A DNA stretch of 64,000 bases from the NCBI GenBank assembly GCA_051362555.1, contig CM120641.1, positions 47,994,401 through 48,058,400 on the forward strand, written 5' to 3'. Within the stretch, counting starts at the first letter, position 1. Each line of letters starts with the position of its first letter. The DNA is from Lingula anatina (lineage: Eukaryota > Animalia > Brachiopoda). Below, in pieces: positions 25,154 through 38,474 of this stretch. The notes beneath the pieces were generated by a model. That model had not been told where the DNA came from, made no database searches, and saw only the letters and a list, made by a program, of their open reading frames with translations. Both the position numbers and the translations under genes were made by a program.

Positions 25154-25498
25154 CATGGTTCTGATTCGTTTCATTTGTTTCCCCGTTTCAAAGTCATTGC
25201 TCCCGCTATCGCTGTTCCCTGCAAGAAAGCACTCCTCGCAATCGCAAGGTGGGAGCAGCTCGTCCTCGTCATGATCCTCTGTGGCTTCAGCAGCCATGAG
25301 AGAGCACACGTGTGGCTCTAGCTTAATTTTTTTGCACGATTTGTCATTCATCTCTCCAGTAAAAATTCCTTTGGAGTCATCATCATCATGCTTTGTTAAC
25401 TGTGACTTATTTTCAGTGTCTTGGGGAGATTTACTATCATGTAGTTGTGGATGACCAATGAATGGCCTTGTAGTATTCGCTATGTTTTGATCTGCCAT
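25154..25498 (-). CDS. ITPKB: IP3 3-kinase alternative N-terminal exon, short isoform (115 codons, about 420 aa product)
   Basis: ATG 25498 in good context (acaATGG). Donor ATG|GTAAAT is phase 0 and fits the acceptor at 24388. Confidence 0.8.
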
Positions 25499-27389
25499 TG
25501 TTCCTACAGTGAGTCACGCCTCAATCCAGAAGTGAAGTAGCACACTCGGGTAGTCCATGTGTGCCCAATGATCAATACCAGATTAAAGATGCATCTTCAA
25601 ATGTACAAAATCCAAGAATTCCCTTTATATCACCGAGACATCCCTGAAAACTGTGTATATTTTTACGACCACAACACTACTAGTACTGATGTCTTATATA
25701 GCAATCTTCAATCAATGGTAAAAAAAATCACTCTGACACTAACCTACATCAAGGCTTTGACATGAGACACGAGCACACAAGATTAATTTTCCCGTTGGCT
25801 TCGAGTAGAGTCCTCAGGACTTGTTTGAAGGTTAAATCGAACACATAATGACTAATTCTAACAATTACGCTTCTCAGATACCTATCATGACAAAAAAGGA
25901 AATGAACACAAAAAGATAAACAGCGCCCTTGAAGGAATTCATTTACAGGTCTAGCACCTATAATTTCCTCAACACCAGCTCATTTGTTTACAGTGAAAGA
26001 TTGAATTTTATAGAACTCTACCCAAACCACAAAAATTATCAACAACAACAACAAATTCTTGGATGTCTAACCTTAATCTTAGAAGTCAAGGATCAAAGTT
26101 TCCAAGTCCAAGCCAAATGCTCATGTCTCATGTGGGATTCTCCATGAAAAAACCATGTTTTGTTCAAATCTTTTACGTATTGTACACTAGAATCAAATTG
26201 CAACCTTGCAAATAAACAGAAACTAAGCAAAAAAGATAAAGAAACAAGAAAAGAAAAAAAAAACATAACAAACCTGCTCTTTCTCAGAAAATACAATTAC
26301 GGAAAACCCACAAATCCCACATAAGCATTAAGTCCTCGAAAGAATTAACCCAATTCTTGATGACATGACAAACCAGATCTGATCAAGTCGGTTTTCTACC
26401 TTCATTTCCCATCCACCAGGTGCCACATTCAGACAACAGAGTCCCATGTTAACACACAGGGGAGGACAATATGATCAAAACAATTTCTCGGGTTTCTTCA
26501 TGACCATATAGTAGCTTGCTCTTTCATCTGAATTGTTACTCGGATAAAAACAACTCTTGACGCCTACTTCTCCTGGGAATAAACCGCAGCATGTATCCAG
26601 TTCAGTTCTATAGACCTCAAGTGCTTTTCTTTGTCCACACAGCATAAACAAATAACAATATTCTAGAAGTATATTCTGAGTGGCAAGCTCTCTTTGCTGT
26701 CACAAAAAAAAGTTATTTTAAAAGACCTCATGGGACCAGTAAAATGCCAATTCTGCTATTAATGACAACATCAAGAAAGTACACATGGCTGACAACAGTC
26801 TTCATGTAATGCCGCCAACGTACTTACAATACTAATTAGTCATTCACTTGGTAGCAGGTGTGATGCCTCCACACAAGGTTAACTAGGGAAAATGGCGTAA
26901 ACAATATATAAAAGATGTTCCAACAAGTTAGTTTCAAAACTGACTGATGTCAATCACTTGAGCTTCATAGCATTCACAGAACAAATTATCTGCTACATAC
27001 TTCTTAGGAGAAGAGAAGGGGGGGGGGAGTACCCTCTTCAAAAGTACATCGCAGATTTTTAGATCAAAGATTTTACATGGATAAGTGCCACCCACAATAA
27101 AAGCCTGTAGACATGTTTTGCCACCTTACACTGCACTAATGCTATTAACTCTTTCATCTCTCTCTACTGTAGTGAACCCTTAAGATCCCATCAATTTGCC
27201 ATTAAGTCAGGTAAGCCAGGTCTCTGTCTACTAGTCACCTATGGCAGGTAGAACACCTGGAAACACATGGAACATCACTTTTTAAAGTCTGATCTATGCA
27301 TACATAACAATATAAATACAGCTACGTCATACTTCTAGCTGAGTTTCTAATTCACTCTAATTCTACAGAGCATCTAAAACAATGTAGTA

Positions 27390-27595
27390 GGGTGCATTGA
27401 GAACAATTTGATCCACGGACTTAAAGATCTGCAAATCAAATATGGCGCCACCCACTTGAAAACGTGTCGAGATTTAACTGCTCTGCCCCCACGGGGATGG
27501 TGTGCACAGGGTGCGGGAATCCACTGTCAAGTGCGCGCCATATTTGATACACGGCCTAGTTAGCCCATGGATCAACTTGGTTGTGAATGCTCTCT
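27390..27595. mobile_element. About 205-bp MITE; intact sibling of the split copy at 46220-47990
   Basis: Imperfect TIRs (gcattgagaacaatttgatcca / tggatcaacttggttgtgaatgc). Its reverse complement matches 46221-46257 joined to 47872-47970. Confidence 0.8.
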
Positions 27596-30500
27596 TAAAT
27601 GTTTCTTAGCATGTGGTAAAGTGATTCATATGGGTCAATATTGATGACTCGACCATATACTTATATTACTTGAAAATAAATGTTTCACATTGAGCAGTGA
27701 CATACTTCCTAAAAAATTAACATCCAATACTTTTTGCCTATTAACATCCAACACTTCTCGCCTACGCAGATTTTTCCATTCCTTCAGTAACTATAGATCT
27801 CAGTGATTCAGCCTCGTAACTAATGAATATCACTCTTTTCTGTGGATAAAAATTCCATTAAAAATAAATGACAAAGCAGCTTGCTGAGCCATATACATAT
27901 ATGTTAACTTCCCAATGCAAGCTCTATTTCAAGTGTGCCCAGCTTCAACTTAACAGTGTATGTAACATCTCCAATAGCCTAATTCTTCTGAAAAGGAATA
28001 CATCTCTAACCACTGTTGTTGTAATACTTGCAGCCACATATCTCCACAATGTTTCACACCTTTACCAGTTAGAACTAGTGTGCAATATGTCATCAATACT
28101 ACCAAATCTGCTAATCAATAGCATAATCCATATTCCACTAATACAGTGTATAAAACACAGAGCACCTGCCGTTCCCTGGTCAACATCACTGACTTGCATT
28201 GTGTCTTCCTAACATCTGTTGATATGAATGGTTACTGATCCAGAAAGCACTGTAGTTGTGACATAACAGCAATATAGAGACATGAATTCAAATTGAAATG
28301 TGCAAAAAACTGGTCACCTGAAACTTTATATCATAACACATCACTGACAACATAGGTGATGACCCATGCTATGTACAACTCCTCTGGTCAATACTAGTAC
28401 ATATATACACACTGACTGACACACTGACTGAGACACTGCAGGTACATGTGAAGCCACATGGAAGAGAGAGAGGCCACGCCCACCAGCCAACACAAGACAA
28501 AGGCAGCCACTGTGTCCGGCTCCAAGTTAATTGACCAACAAACTACTCTAAAGGGACTGAAGGGAACAAATCTTAGCACAAGGCACTCATTCACCATGGA
28601 CAAATAACCCACATTCCATCTGCCCAGCTTATAACCCTTTAACAACCACTTTAGCTGTGAGGTACATAAACCATATAGTGACAGATTAAAAAACATCAGA
28701 CTGACTTCTTATTGTGTAGGTGTTGGGTTAGGCAGGGATACAGTTACATGGATGCCTCCAGGACCTAACATAACAGTTCTCCAAGTTCACCTTTGTGGGA
28801 GTTAGAGACTCTCACCCCTACTCTATTACTCAGCCTTTTCTACTTTTACAACCACCAAGACCTTTAAAGTGGTTATTCTGCTGTTCTGTTGACCTATATT
28901 CTTCTCCTACTATGCAAAATCTCTTTCCACAGGTGATGCATATAATATCTTTCTCTATTTATAGACAAACCTATTACCTATGTATTACTGTATCCTTTGT
29001 TCTGGTATAAACACAGATTCCCTAGAGGCAGAACTGATCACGCCAAATGGACTCCACAGCTTCCAGTATATCTGATGTAATTCTATGAGCTGTCTTCTTT
29101 CCCTCTCTTTTTACACCATGTCCTTCAGATTAATCAAATCCTGCCTCAAAGAGAGAAAACACTTGGTATAAAGGGGATATAAAACCCTTGCCACAGTTTC
29201 TTGTTAATCCAGCCCTAGACAAGGATTGATTCTGTACTCCTGTGAACAGCTCATCAACAAGTGGCAGTCAGTTCTCTCTCATCTCTGATGTTGTCTTGAA
29301 GGCAATGTGTGTCAGCTACTGGTGTATGGAAATAGGTTACCTGTCATACCTGAGCACGCCTTTCTCTCTCTCTTTCTCTCGACTAATAAAAGACAGTGTG
29401 TGTGTGTGTGTGTGTGTCTGTATGTGTGTGTGTGTGCAGGCGCGCACACATTCTCCCACAAGTGCACATGCACATGCAAGTGTGTATAGATAGATAGATA
29501 TTGAAGTTAAGACATAGGATATCAACATATAGAAGTCTAGATATAGACAGAAATATACAGATGAGTATAACTCTTATGTATGTATCACTACAATCACATG
29601 CTCTCTGACCACAGAGGTCGCTCTAGTTAGTCTCCTATTCTGAATGGAGCCTTATATAAAGGATTTAATGGGTGAGGAACAGTGGATAAATAATGGACCC
29701 CTTTAATATCAATTTCATCTTTTTGTCTCACACCATATTTTATAAAACCTGTGAATCTTTTGAAAATTTAATAATCAGAAAGTATAAAATTATCTGTGAA
29801 CATTTCCAAATTGTTCTTTATGTGTTTTAGAGCCTATCACACATGCTTTTATGTGGCATACAATAGTAAAGTAAGGCGTCACTGCCAAGCTTGACCAAGA
29901 TTAGCATCTAATAGGTCCTACCGGTCGACCGTTATTCATAAAATCTTAAACAAGCAGACAATAAAATTGAGACAAAAAAACAGGTGATAACATCTCACTC
30001 TCCACCTTGGCTAATATTTCTGTCATAAGCAAAACTACAGAGAAAGATGATTTCTAAAAATACCATAAGACACTGCAGTTATAGATCCAGTCAGATCCAC
30101 TTGTGCCATTGTGGCAGTAAAAAACTATAAAAACAGTTCTGTCTTACAGTCTATGGTCCTAAGGTCACTTTTTTTTGTATCATAAGTCACGTGAATAAAC
30201 CACTGCAAAAGCCAACTCCTCAGTAAAAACAATTTATAAAACTTACTTTCAACCAAACCTGCAAACATTCAACATCAATACTATAACTCTCTTCTGAAAT
30301 CTTTGTAATAAATAAATAAATATCATATTTTTAATAACAACTACATTCTAGTAATATTGAGGGAGAACAGCCCTGTCTATTTCACCCTGAGCCTACTGTG
30401 GCCTTCTATTCCTACCAACGAAGACATCAGACTTATTTATTCAGGCCACCTGCTGGGTTAGTAAATTGCACATTAAGGTGCTCCCTAAAATAAACTACTA

Positions 30501-33500
30501 TCTATATACACCTAGCTGAATACACCTAGCTGAATACACCTATAGCTGGTTTGCCATAATGAAATCCATCCTCTCTCACTTAACAGCTCTCTTAATCAAG
30601 ATAGCTGACCAGGTCAATGTTTGTATTCTCCTGGCTAGTAGCAGGTATAAATATGGAGGATTAATATAGCTGAATAAATACTGAGAAATAGTTACATAAC
30701 ATCCTTGGATTAATGTGCTCAAGGCTATCAATGCTGGCAAACAAGAAATGCTGATGACTTGAAGGGTAACCTGAATCTCTTCCAATAGGCTATATGATAG
30801 AGCAAAACCTGATACAGTTCTTTGACTGAAATCACTTTCTGCAATTCTATTCTGATCTTGCACACAAGAAAAAGCAATGTCATTATTCAGTTTAAAGCTA
30901 CAAAGGATTCAGGATAATTTTGCCAAAAGGTACATATGAAACTAGCATCACTTTCTATGAAGCAACATAAGATATATATAAAATCAGCTTGTAAAAAATT
31001 TAACATTCTACTGAACAAAATAGTTAAAACCAGGGGCAAATCCATCTAAGACATCAAATAATAATTTTAAACAAGATCAACAAGAAGGGTGAAAAAAATT
31101 AATTATAAACTAAAATAAACTGATTTAAAAAAATACAAATTATATATATATAACAGTTAACTCAGTAGTTGCGTTATTAATTTAACCATGCTTGTGTAAA
31201 CCCAGAATGTACATAAAAATAATAATTTTGGGGGAAGGGGCGGGGGGAAACCAAAACTATTTGTTTGTTGCACAGAATGCTTTGGGTGTTCTACAAAGTC
31301 TGCAATGACACACCTGTCACATCATCATCATCTTCTTTACCAGAACACAGCTGTCTTCAACATTTTACTGATAAATATTTGACCCCTGAAGCCAGAAATT
31401 GCTTTGGGGGATTCTAGAACACATATTAAAACATATGCTATTCCAAATCTGCCAGAATCTAATCTGCGATTCTAATCTGTGAAACTGTAAATATCACCAT
31501 AATAAAGTTGTCCTTGGAGATTTTATGGTAATAACAAGATATGTTTCTTGCAAAGATCAATTAACACTTGTATAATACCAAAGTGAATGTTTTAATCCAT
31601 GCGTTTGTTTTAGATATTTGTAACGATGGACATGAAATGGACTTGTGGTCAAAACATGACCTTCAAAACGAAAGATCCAGGAGAAGAGTCGATTTCATTC
31701 CATTATTACCTTAACTTGACTAACACTACATAATTCTACACCCTTCACATGTTCCCAACTCAGGCACCTCAACTATTATGTAGTTTACAGTCTATGACAA
31801 GAAATTTTAGAGATCCAAAGAATGCCACTTACATAACTCCATCTTTATGCCAATGCACAGACAGGCAATGAACCTACCATGCATGTCAATACTGAAGACT
31901 TGGCTAAACACAACACAACATTGCTGGGAAGGCACAGCAACCCTGCACCTGCTACTATACTGCAGCTCTCCAAATACTGCACAATATCATGAGAATCATA
32001 TACCAGGCTCATATAGGCAGGGGAGATACAAGGGGTTTAAACAAACCATATAGAATTATTTGATGTTTGGCATATTTTTTCTATTGCCTTTTCACTACCT
32101 CAGAGAAAAGGAAACTCTTGGCTGACATGCTTTAAGAATAACAATAATTAAACTGCATGAAGAAAATGGAAGTTACAGTGGATGTGAACCACCATGTCAA
32201 AGTGACATCCACTGACTTGTAGATCCTGCTTGAATGACACATTAATAGAACCACATCTCTATGGGAGCATACAGTGAGCAAGTGTCCTTACTAGTAATGA
32301 CAGAAGCAATTTGTTTCTACCCTGAACCAATCTTGAGCTGCAATGAACCGAGGCAAATCAACCTGATTATTGCTGTTCAATTGGGTTCCAAGGTCCTGAG
32401 GTTAACATGGTAGTTCAAGGTCAATAAACTAAAGCTCCATTCTGCCTGGTGAAAAGGGTTGAAACTGCCAGAAAACAACCAAATAAATGATTTTTCTGAA
32501 ATTCTGTAGAGCAGAAATCTTGGAAAGCCAACTGTGCTCATCTTACCCCAAACAAGGATGTTAAATATTAGACTTGTCAAGATGTGGCCAAACCATATGG
32601 CAGCACACATTACACACCTGTCTTATGTAACAGCTCTACCTACTGTGATATCTGAAATCTATTCTTTCTTCCTTAAAACTGCAACAAATTCCTATGCCAT
32701 GAGGATAGAGTTATATGTAAGAAATTACTCTCTACCCCAATGTCACAATTTCACCCGTGTTCAACTTTCTCTGTTCAGTATAACCAAGTGCCTCCAAAAT
32801 AAACAATACCCCTTTATTATACTTACAGTGGACAATCAATGGGTAAAGAGCAGTCTCCACTATGCTGTATTGACAGGCCTATGTAAGTGAAAGGTCAGCA
32901 TTATTTGGTCTCCGGTACACGTCTGCTGTGCTAGAGTGACCAAGCCTATATTTGTACCCCGCAGTTACAACATTGGCTTTTCAGTTCCAAACAAACACTA
33001 CTTTTAAACTGTGTCATTATCACTGGTCAAGCAAACAAAGTCTACAATACCGTGGATTGAAGAAAAGGGACAGTTTCTGTGTTCTCTGTGCAATTTCTGT
33101 GTTCTCTGGTGTCCAATGGTTTTAACACCAACACTGCTATATAAAGGATATATCATGATTTAACATTGCTATATATTGGATTTACATGATCACCATGTAG
33201 CTGGTCTCAGTTTTCCACTTATATGTCCATTAAAAAACATATCACTTAAAGATGAACATGTTTAATCACTTACGGAACACTCCTATAGACACTACTGTAC
33301 GTGGGTTACTCCACCTCTGCTGGGGACTCGCGCTAATTGCAATCAGCTGCACTGAATGTCATGCCTCCTCGAGGAGCTAGGATGTAATTAACTCATTTAA
33401 CACTTTAACTAATTACCTCTGGACTTGAGAAGGCTTGTCACACAACTAACCTGATTTCACTGACTGCACTTAGCCAGAATTCCTGCAGAGTTGGGTCCAA

Positions 33501-33539
33501 TTACGTAGCCCAATGGCATCTATGGGAATTGGGGTCTTA

Positions 33540-34023
33540 GGCTTCGTTCACATGGAAAGTCTATTTTCTAAAAATCTATTTTCTATTTGCGGTATATCTT
33601 GTGATCACGGTCTGTGCCCTGAAAATCCCGTGGCGTAATTACCGGCAGCGCGACCCAGTTACTTCCAAAGCTGTAATTAATTCTCGGTTGGCTCGGAGGA
33701 GATTCTGATACCTTGACGCATGCGCAGTACGAAGTTAAAAAGTTAATGGCAGTGGTGGTTGCTTTGAAAAATGTGTTTGTCGATTTGGTGCAACAACAAG
33801 ACGAAGAAGATGAAGAAGCTATACACACGACAGATACGAGTGCAACCTTCATGATCCGATGGCAAGCGATGCGGCAATGGAGGATGAGATTTTATAGAAT
33901 GTATAACTGGCTCACGCTGCCAGTAATTACGCCGCGGGATATTCAGGGCACAGACTGTGATCATAAGATACCGCGAATAGAAAATAGATTTTTAGAAAAT
34001 AGACTTTCCATGTGAACGAAGCC
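33540..34023. mobile_element. PIF/Harbinger-like non-autonomous element, about 110-bp TIRs, TTA TSD
   Basis: TTA|GGCTTCGTTCACATGGAAAG...CTTTCCATGTGAACGAAGCC|TTA. Confidence 0.92.
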
Positions 34024-35095
34024 TTAGTCTAGTTTTATTACTGCATTTTTCTTTGATTTCCTAATTTTTCTTTTTCTTTTGAAATATACACTGTTCTATA
34101 ACCAAGGCAGACCAGAGAGAATAGCATACAGCAGTATCCATTTCAAAGCATTTCCAGATTTTAAAGAGGATTGCCAACAAATATTTATCAATTTTTTTCA
34201 AATTAAATTTATGACTTCAAGCTTCATGAAGTATGGAAATACCACATTTAATTCTCCAAATCAGCACTTTTGTCAAAACTTCGTTTTAATAACCAAATCT
34301 AGTAGACATTTTAACATTTCCATATACCAACAGCACTGATTTTAAAAATATTACTTTTTTCACACCATCAAACAGCTGGTTTAAGTTATTATAACCTATA
34401 AAACTGTATTTACTTGTCTCTGCCCCCCTTCCCCCCTTTTCTTTTAGGTATCTGCTCTGTATGTCTGGCATCTTTCAATCCCCCCCCCCCTGCCCCCGCC
34501 CAACCAAGCACTCCACTCTTGCTTCTAGTCATGATGGGCAATAAACTCGCAAGTAAATCATTGCCAATCTACTCACTAATGAAGACATACATGTATATGT
34601 ACACATTTACCAACCAACCAAATAAAATAAAAGCCACTCTAACCTAACTAGCAAGTTACACTCCTAGGACACAAAGAGTTCAGACTTTTCTCATTTTGCC
34701 TGGTTTATTTCGGGCACCTGGACATGAAAACCAGAAATACTTACACATGTCTGTGGAAAATTGATGCCATTCCTGTTCAAGTTATTGCATGTTTCCGAAC
34801 AAAACAACTGCTTCCACAGAGTTATACATTATCAATGAGAATAGTAAATGAGTTCGGTGTCCTAAAAGTGCCAAAAATAAAGTGTACATAAAACAGAATT
34901 CTGGACACCGATTTTAACTGATATTCCAGTTTCCATGTTCAAGTGATTTCCTTTTTAAAGCATAACAGTCACAACACAAATAACATTTTACGAAGATTAA
35001 AAATTGTCAATCTTCTGTCATGCGATTCTATCATCATTTAGATAACAGAATGTTATTAACATCAAACCTACACACACAGAGAAACCTACACAGAG

Positions 35096-35102
<7 letters not shown>

Positions 35103-35165
<63 letters not shown>
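35103..35165. repeat. (AG)n microsatellite
   Basis: Directly visible. Confidence 0.98.
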
Positions 35166-35170
<5 letters not shown>

Positions 35171-37799
35171 CATAGCAGCAGTTGTACCAGTGTGGCAATG
35201 AGTTATGGCATATAAGTTGTAACCTACTAGTGTAAACTGCCATTTGGTGTACATGGCCAAAGACATTATACTGTAGCCATATTGCAAGGTCATATTCAAG
35301 ATAATTCTCATTTAACCTGCTGATAAAAATTTTTAGCCTAATAAGATATCAAACAAGATCAGGAAAAGAGTGAAACCAGTTATGAGCTGTTGACATAAAT
35401 ATTATCTACCACTCAACATCAAGACATGACCTATTAAATATCTCTTTACTATTCTTGACCTTTGAAGATCCAATTTACCAGACATTTATTTATTTATTTA
35501 CTTACGTTGGAATGCTGTCTGCCTATAGCACAGAATTCTAACACACAAATACAAGTCAACAATATTCAGGAAAAAGCACTGACATTATTTCATACACATT
35601 ACATGAGTATATCTAATCTCCTGTTTTCAGAAATGTAAATTTGGCAGTTTGACAAGAAAGCCGAGCCATTAAAGAAATGAACTACTGTTTTTGCTTGTCT
35701 CATTACAGTCAAGTAACAGTATAACCTTGCTACTTGAAATGTTGTCAACAATTCAGTCCATTATCTGACATAAAAGACAGGAGACAGCAGGGGACATATA
35801 CATAATGAATCATTTTCTAGGAAATAGAAATGATGGCTGCTTGATAATAAACACATAGGACAAGGGAATGATGTCAGGTAATAAACATAGGACAGAGAAA
35901 ATTTAATTTTTGCTGGTGATATAAGGACACTTATCAATATGTCAGAAATTTAAATAAAAACTACCACACTTCTACCTGACTGCCTGGAAAAAAAAATTCC
36001 CCGAAAGCGATAAGCTGCTGCTTTTATAAGAGGAAAAAATCAAAAAGAAATTTATTAAGCTGTCATGACATAGCAATTTTTTCTACTTTCTCAAAACAAA
36101 TTGACACCAATATCAACTCATTCTAACATCATTTTCAGAAGCATGATTACTAGTGCTTCTTTTACCGATGTGTAAAAACAGGATTAAAACAGCATTTTTC
36201 GTGAGAAAAAGTTACCGAACAAACGACCTCATGCCAAAGTAGGCTCTTGTATAAGATCACAGAACATGACCTATTAATATATACCACAAAAATGATAAGG
36301 CAATGATTCTATCATCTGCCATGATCAGTTCTGCAATCAGGAAGTCTTTTGATAAACGAGATGAAAAATTATGTTATTTCTACAACATAAATGTCATGCT
36401 CCATGCAGAAATATCCCACACTCATTTTGAATGGTCTGATAGTTAAAAATACTGGGTTCGTGTGAAAAAATTAACAAAATTAATTTTAAAAAAATATAGC
36501 CAGTTTCTTATATCTTTTCTGTCACAAACATCATATATATTTTATTTAAAAAATGCTTGGGTTTGATTTTTAAGCTGTGCATGTCTTTATCTGAAGTGTT
36601 AGGCAGCACAAAATTTTCTCACTAGATAAATATTCATAAATTTCCCTTGGATAAGCAGTATTTTTCTCCAACTATAAAACCTTTGACCCTCCTTACCTGA
36701 CACTAACAATTTGGGGGAAAAAGGGCTTCAGAATCCATAAAATGCTTCAGTATGGGTTTTTCAAATTTTTATACTTCATCATACATATATAGCATTATGA
36801 TGAAAAGTTATTTAGAACAACCAAAACTGTTATTCAAAATAATTGTTTCTACAAGCCAAACAAACTTCTGTGAGGGTTTTTGTATTATATCTTTACTGGG
36901 ATAACAATGACATTTAGATAAATTTGAAAAAACACATGCAGGATTGACAAAAAGGTTTAGGATTACCAAGTGTCTATAACAAAGATGAATGCACGCGTGA
37001 AATTATTCTTGGCAAATTTAAGAATCATGACAGCCGTAACCATGACAACAGGGAACATTATTAAATATGAACCATCATACACGGTGAAATGTAATACACG
37101 GTTTCCAAACATAACATCTGTACTACCTGAAACACAGGAAAACAAGATGATAGTTATCACGCAACATGAAGGATTTGCTCTACCTACCATTAAAGGTGAA
37201 GCAACCAAAGGAAAAACATGTGCCCCTCTTGTTTTACAACTGCCAGCTAGATCTGAGCAAGTTTATCTTGGTCAATGGTGTCTAAAACTGCAGAAAGTTC
37301 AGGCTTTAAAGTTTTCTGTTAGACTTGACTAGGACTCATCCTCCATACAGACAATTTAAGAGGTCTGAAGCTCACCAGGATGAACTATCTGATAGCATAA
37401 AGAGCAGCTGTAAGCCAGGGCCTCAGTTCTCTATTCTTACTCCTGTTCAGGATTTCCTCTCTCCACTTACAGTTCTATTAATATGGCTTCTTCATCAATG
37501 AGCTGGCCACTGCTACAGAGACTAGACGGAAATACACACTTGGAAGCACTTCATTTAACTCCAGGGGTGCCCAGTTATTATAAACAGCTATATCTACCGT
37601 TACAAAAAATGAAAAGGATCTAAATATTGATATTTATACAGTTTATATCCCCTGCCAAAAAAAGGTATAAAAAATGTGTTAGGCAAATGTCTGAAAGTAA
37701 ATTAATTTTCAAAAAAGTTAGAACTACATTTAATGCAGTGTAGGATATTTCAGTTGAAAATTTGTCAGAATTATTTCAGCATTGCATCTTTATACTATT

Positions 37800-37834
<35 letters not shown>

Positions 37835-38283
37835 TTGTAAAAAGTACCATGGGCATACATAACCGTCAAACATCTAAAACCATGAATCTGCGTTTGTATG
37901 AGATTGAGTAAACCCTTAGTAATTTATACTGAGTGAGAATAATCAACCTATGGGTTGAGTCTTTATAGTACTAAATGCCTAGTTGATCACTGTGAACACC
38001 AGGCTTTAGCTACATATCAATAAGATTAAGGTTGTAAGAAAGCTGAAACTTAAAACTTTCCTGAATGACTAAATTTAATTCACTGAGACCAAATGACCTT
38101 ATCCTGCAAATTGGGTTTTCTCTATAAGTTCTACTTTCTCTCACTATACCCCAGTAAGGACAACAGGGAAAACTTATCACACAGAACGCATACAGAACAG
38201 ATGATCCGTGGATTAACTGATCCTCGGACTAAATATGGCCGATCCCACTTAAAAGAAATACCGCTGATACACTGATGGTCTCT

Positions 38284-38474
38284 CCGCCTCCACACGCTAT
38301 TAAATGGATTAAATCTCCGGCCCCGAGGTTTAATTGCTAGGCCCCTGTGTGGAGGCAGGTAGACCTTTATGGAGTTAGCGGCCTCCACACACTATTAAAT
38401 GGATTAAATCAGGGGCCCCGAGGTTTAAATGCTAGGCCCCTGTGTGGAGGCAGGTAGACCTTTATGGAGTTAGC
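38284..38474. repeat. About 96-bp tandem duplication inside a MITE
   Basis: cctccacac.ctattaaatggattaaatc...gtagacctttatggagttagc occurs twice. Confidence 0.9.

Noticed and set aside
29242-29528. ORFs with CVCVCV/THTHTH; likewise SLSLSL at 35018-35311
   Set aside because: Translations of dinucleotide microsatellites.
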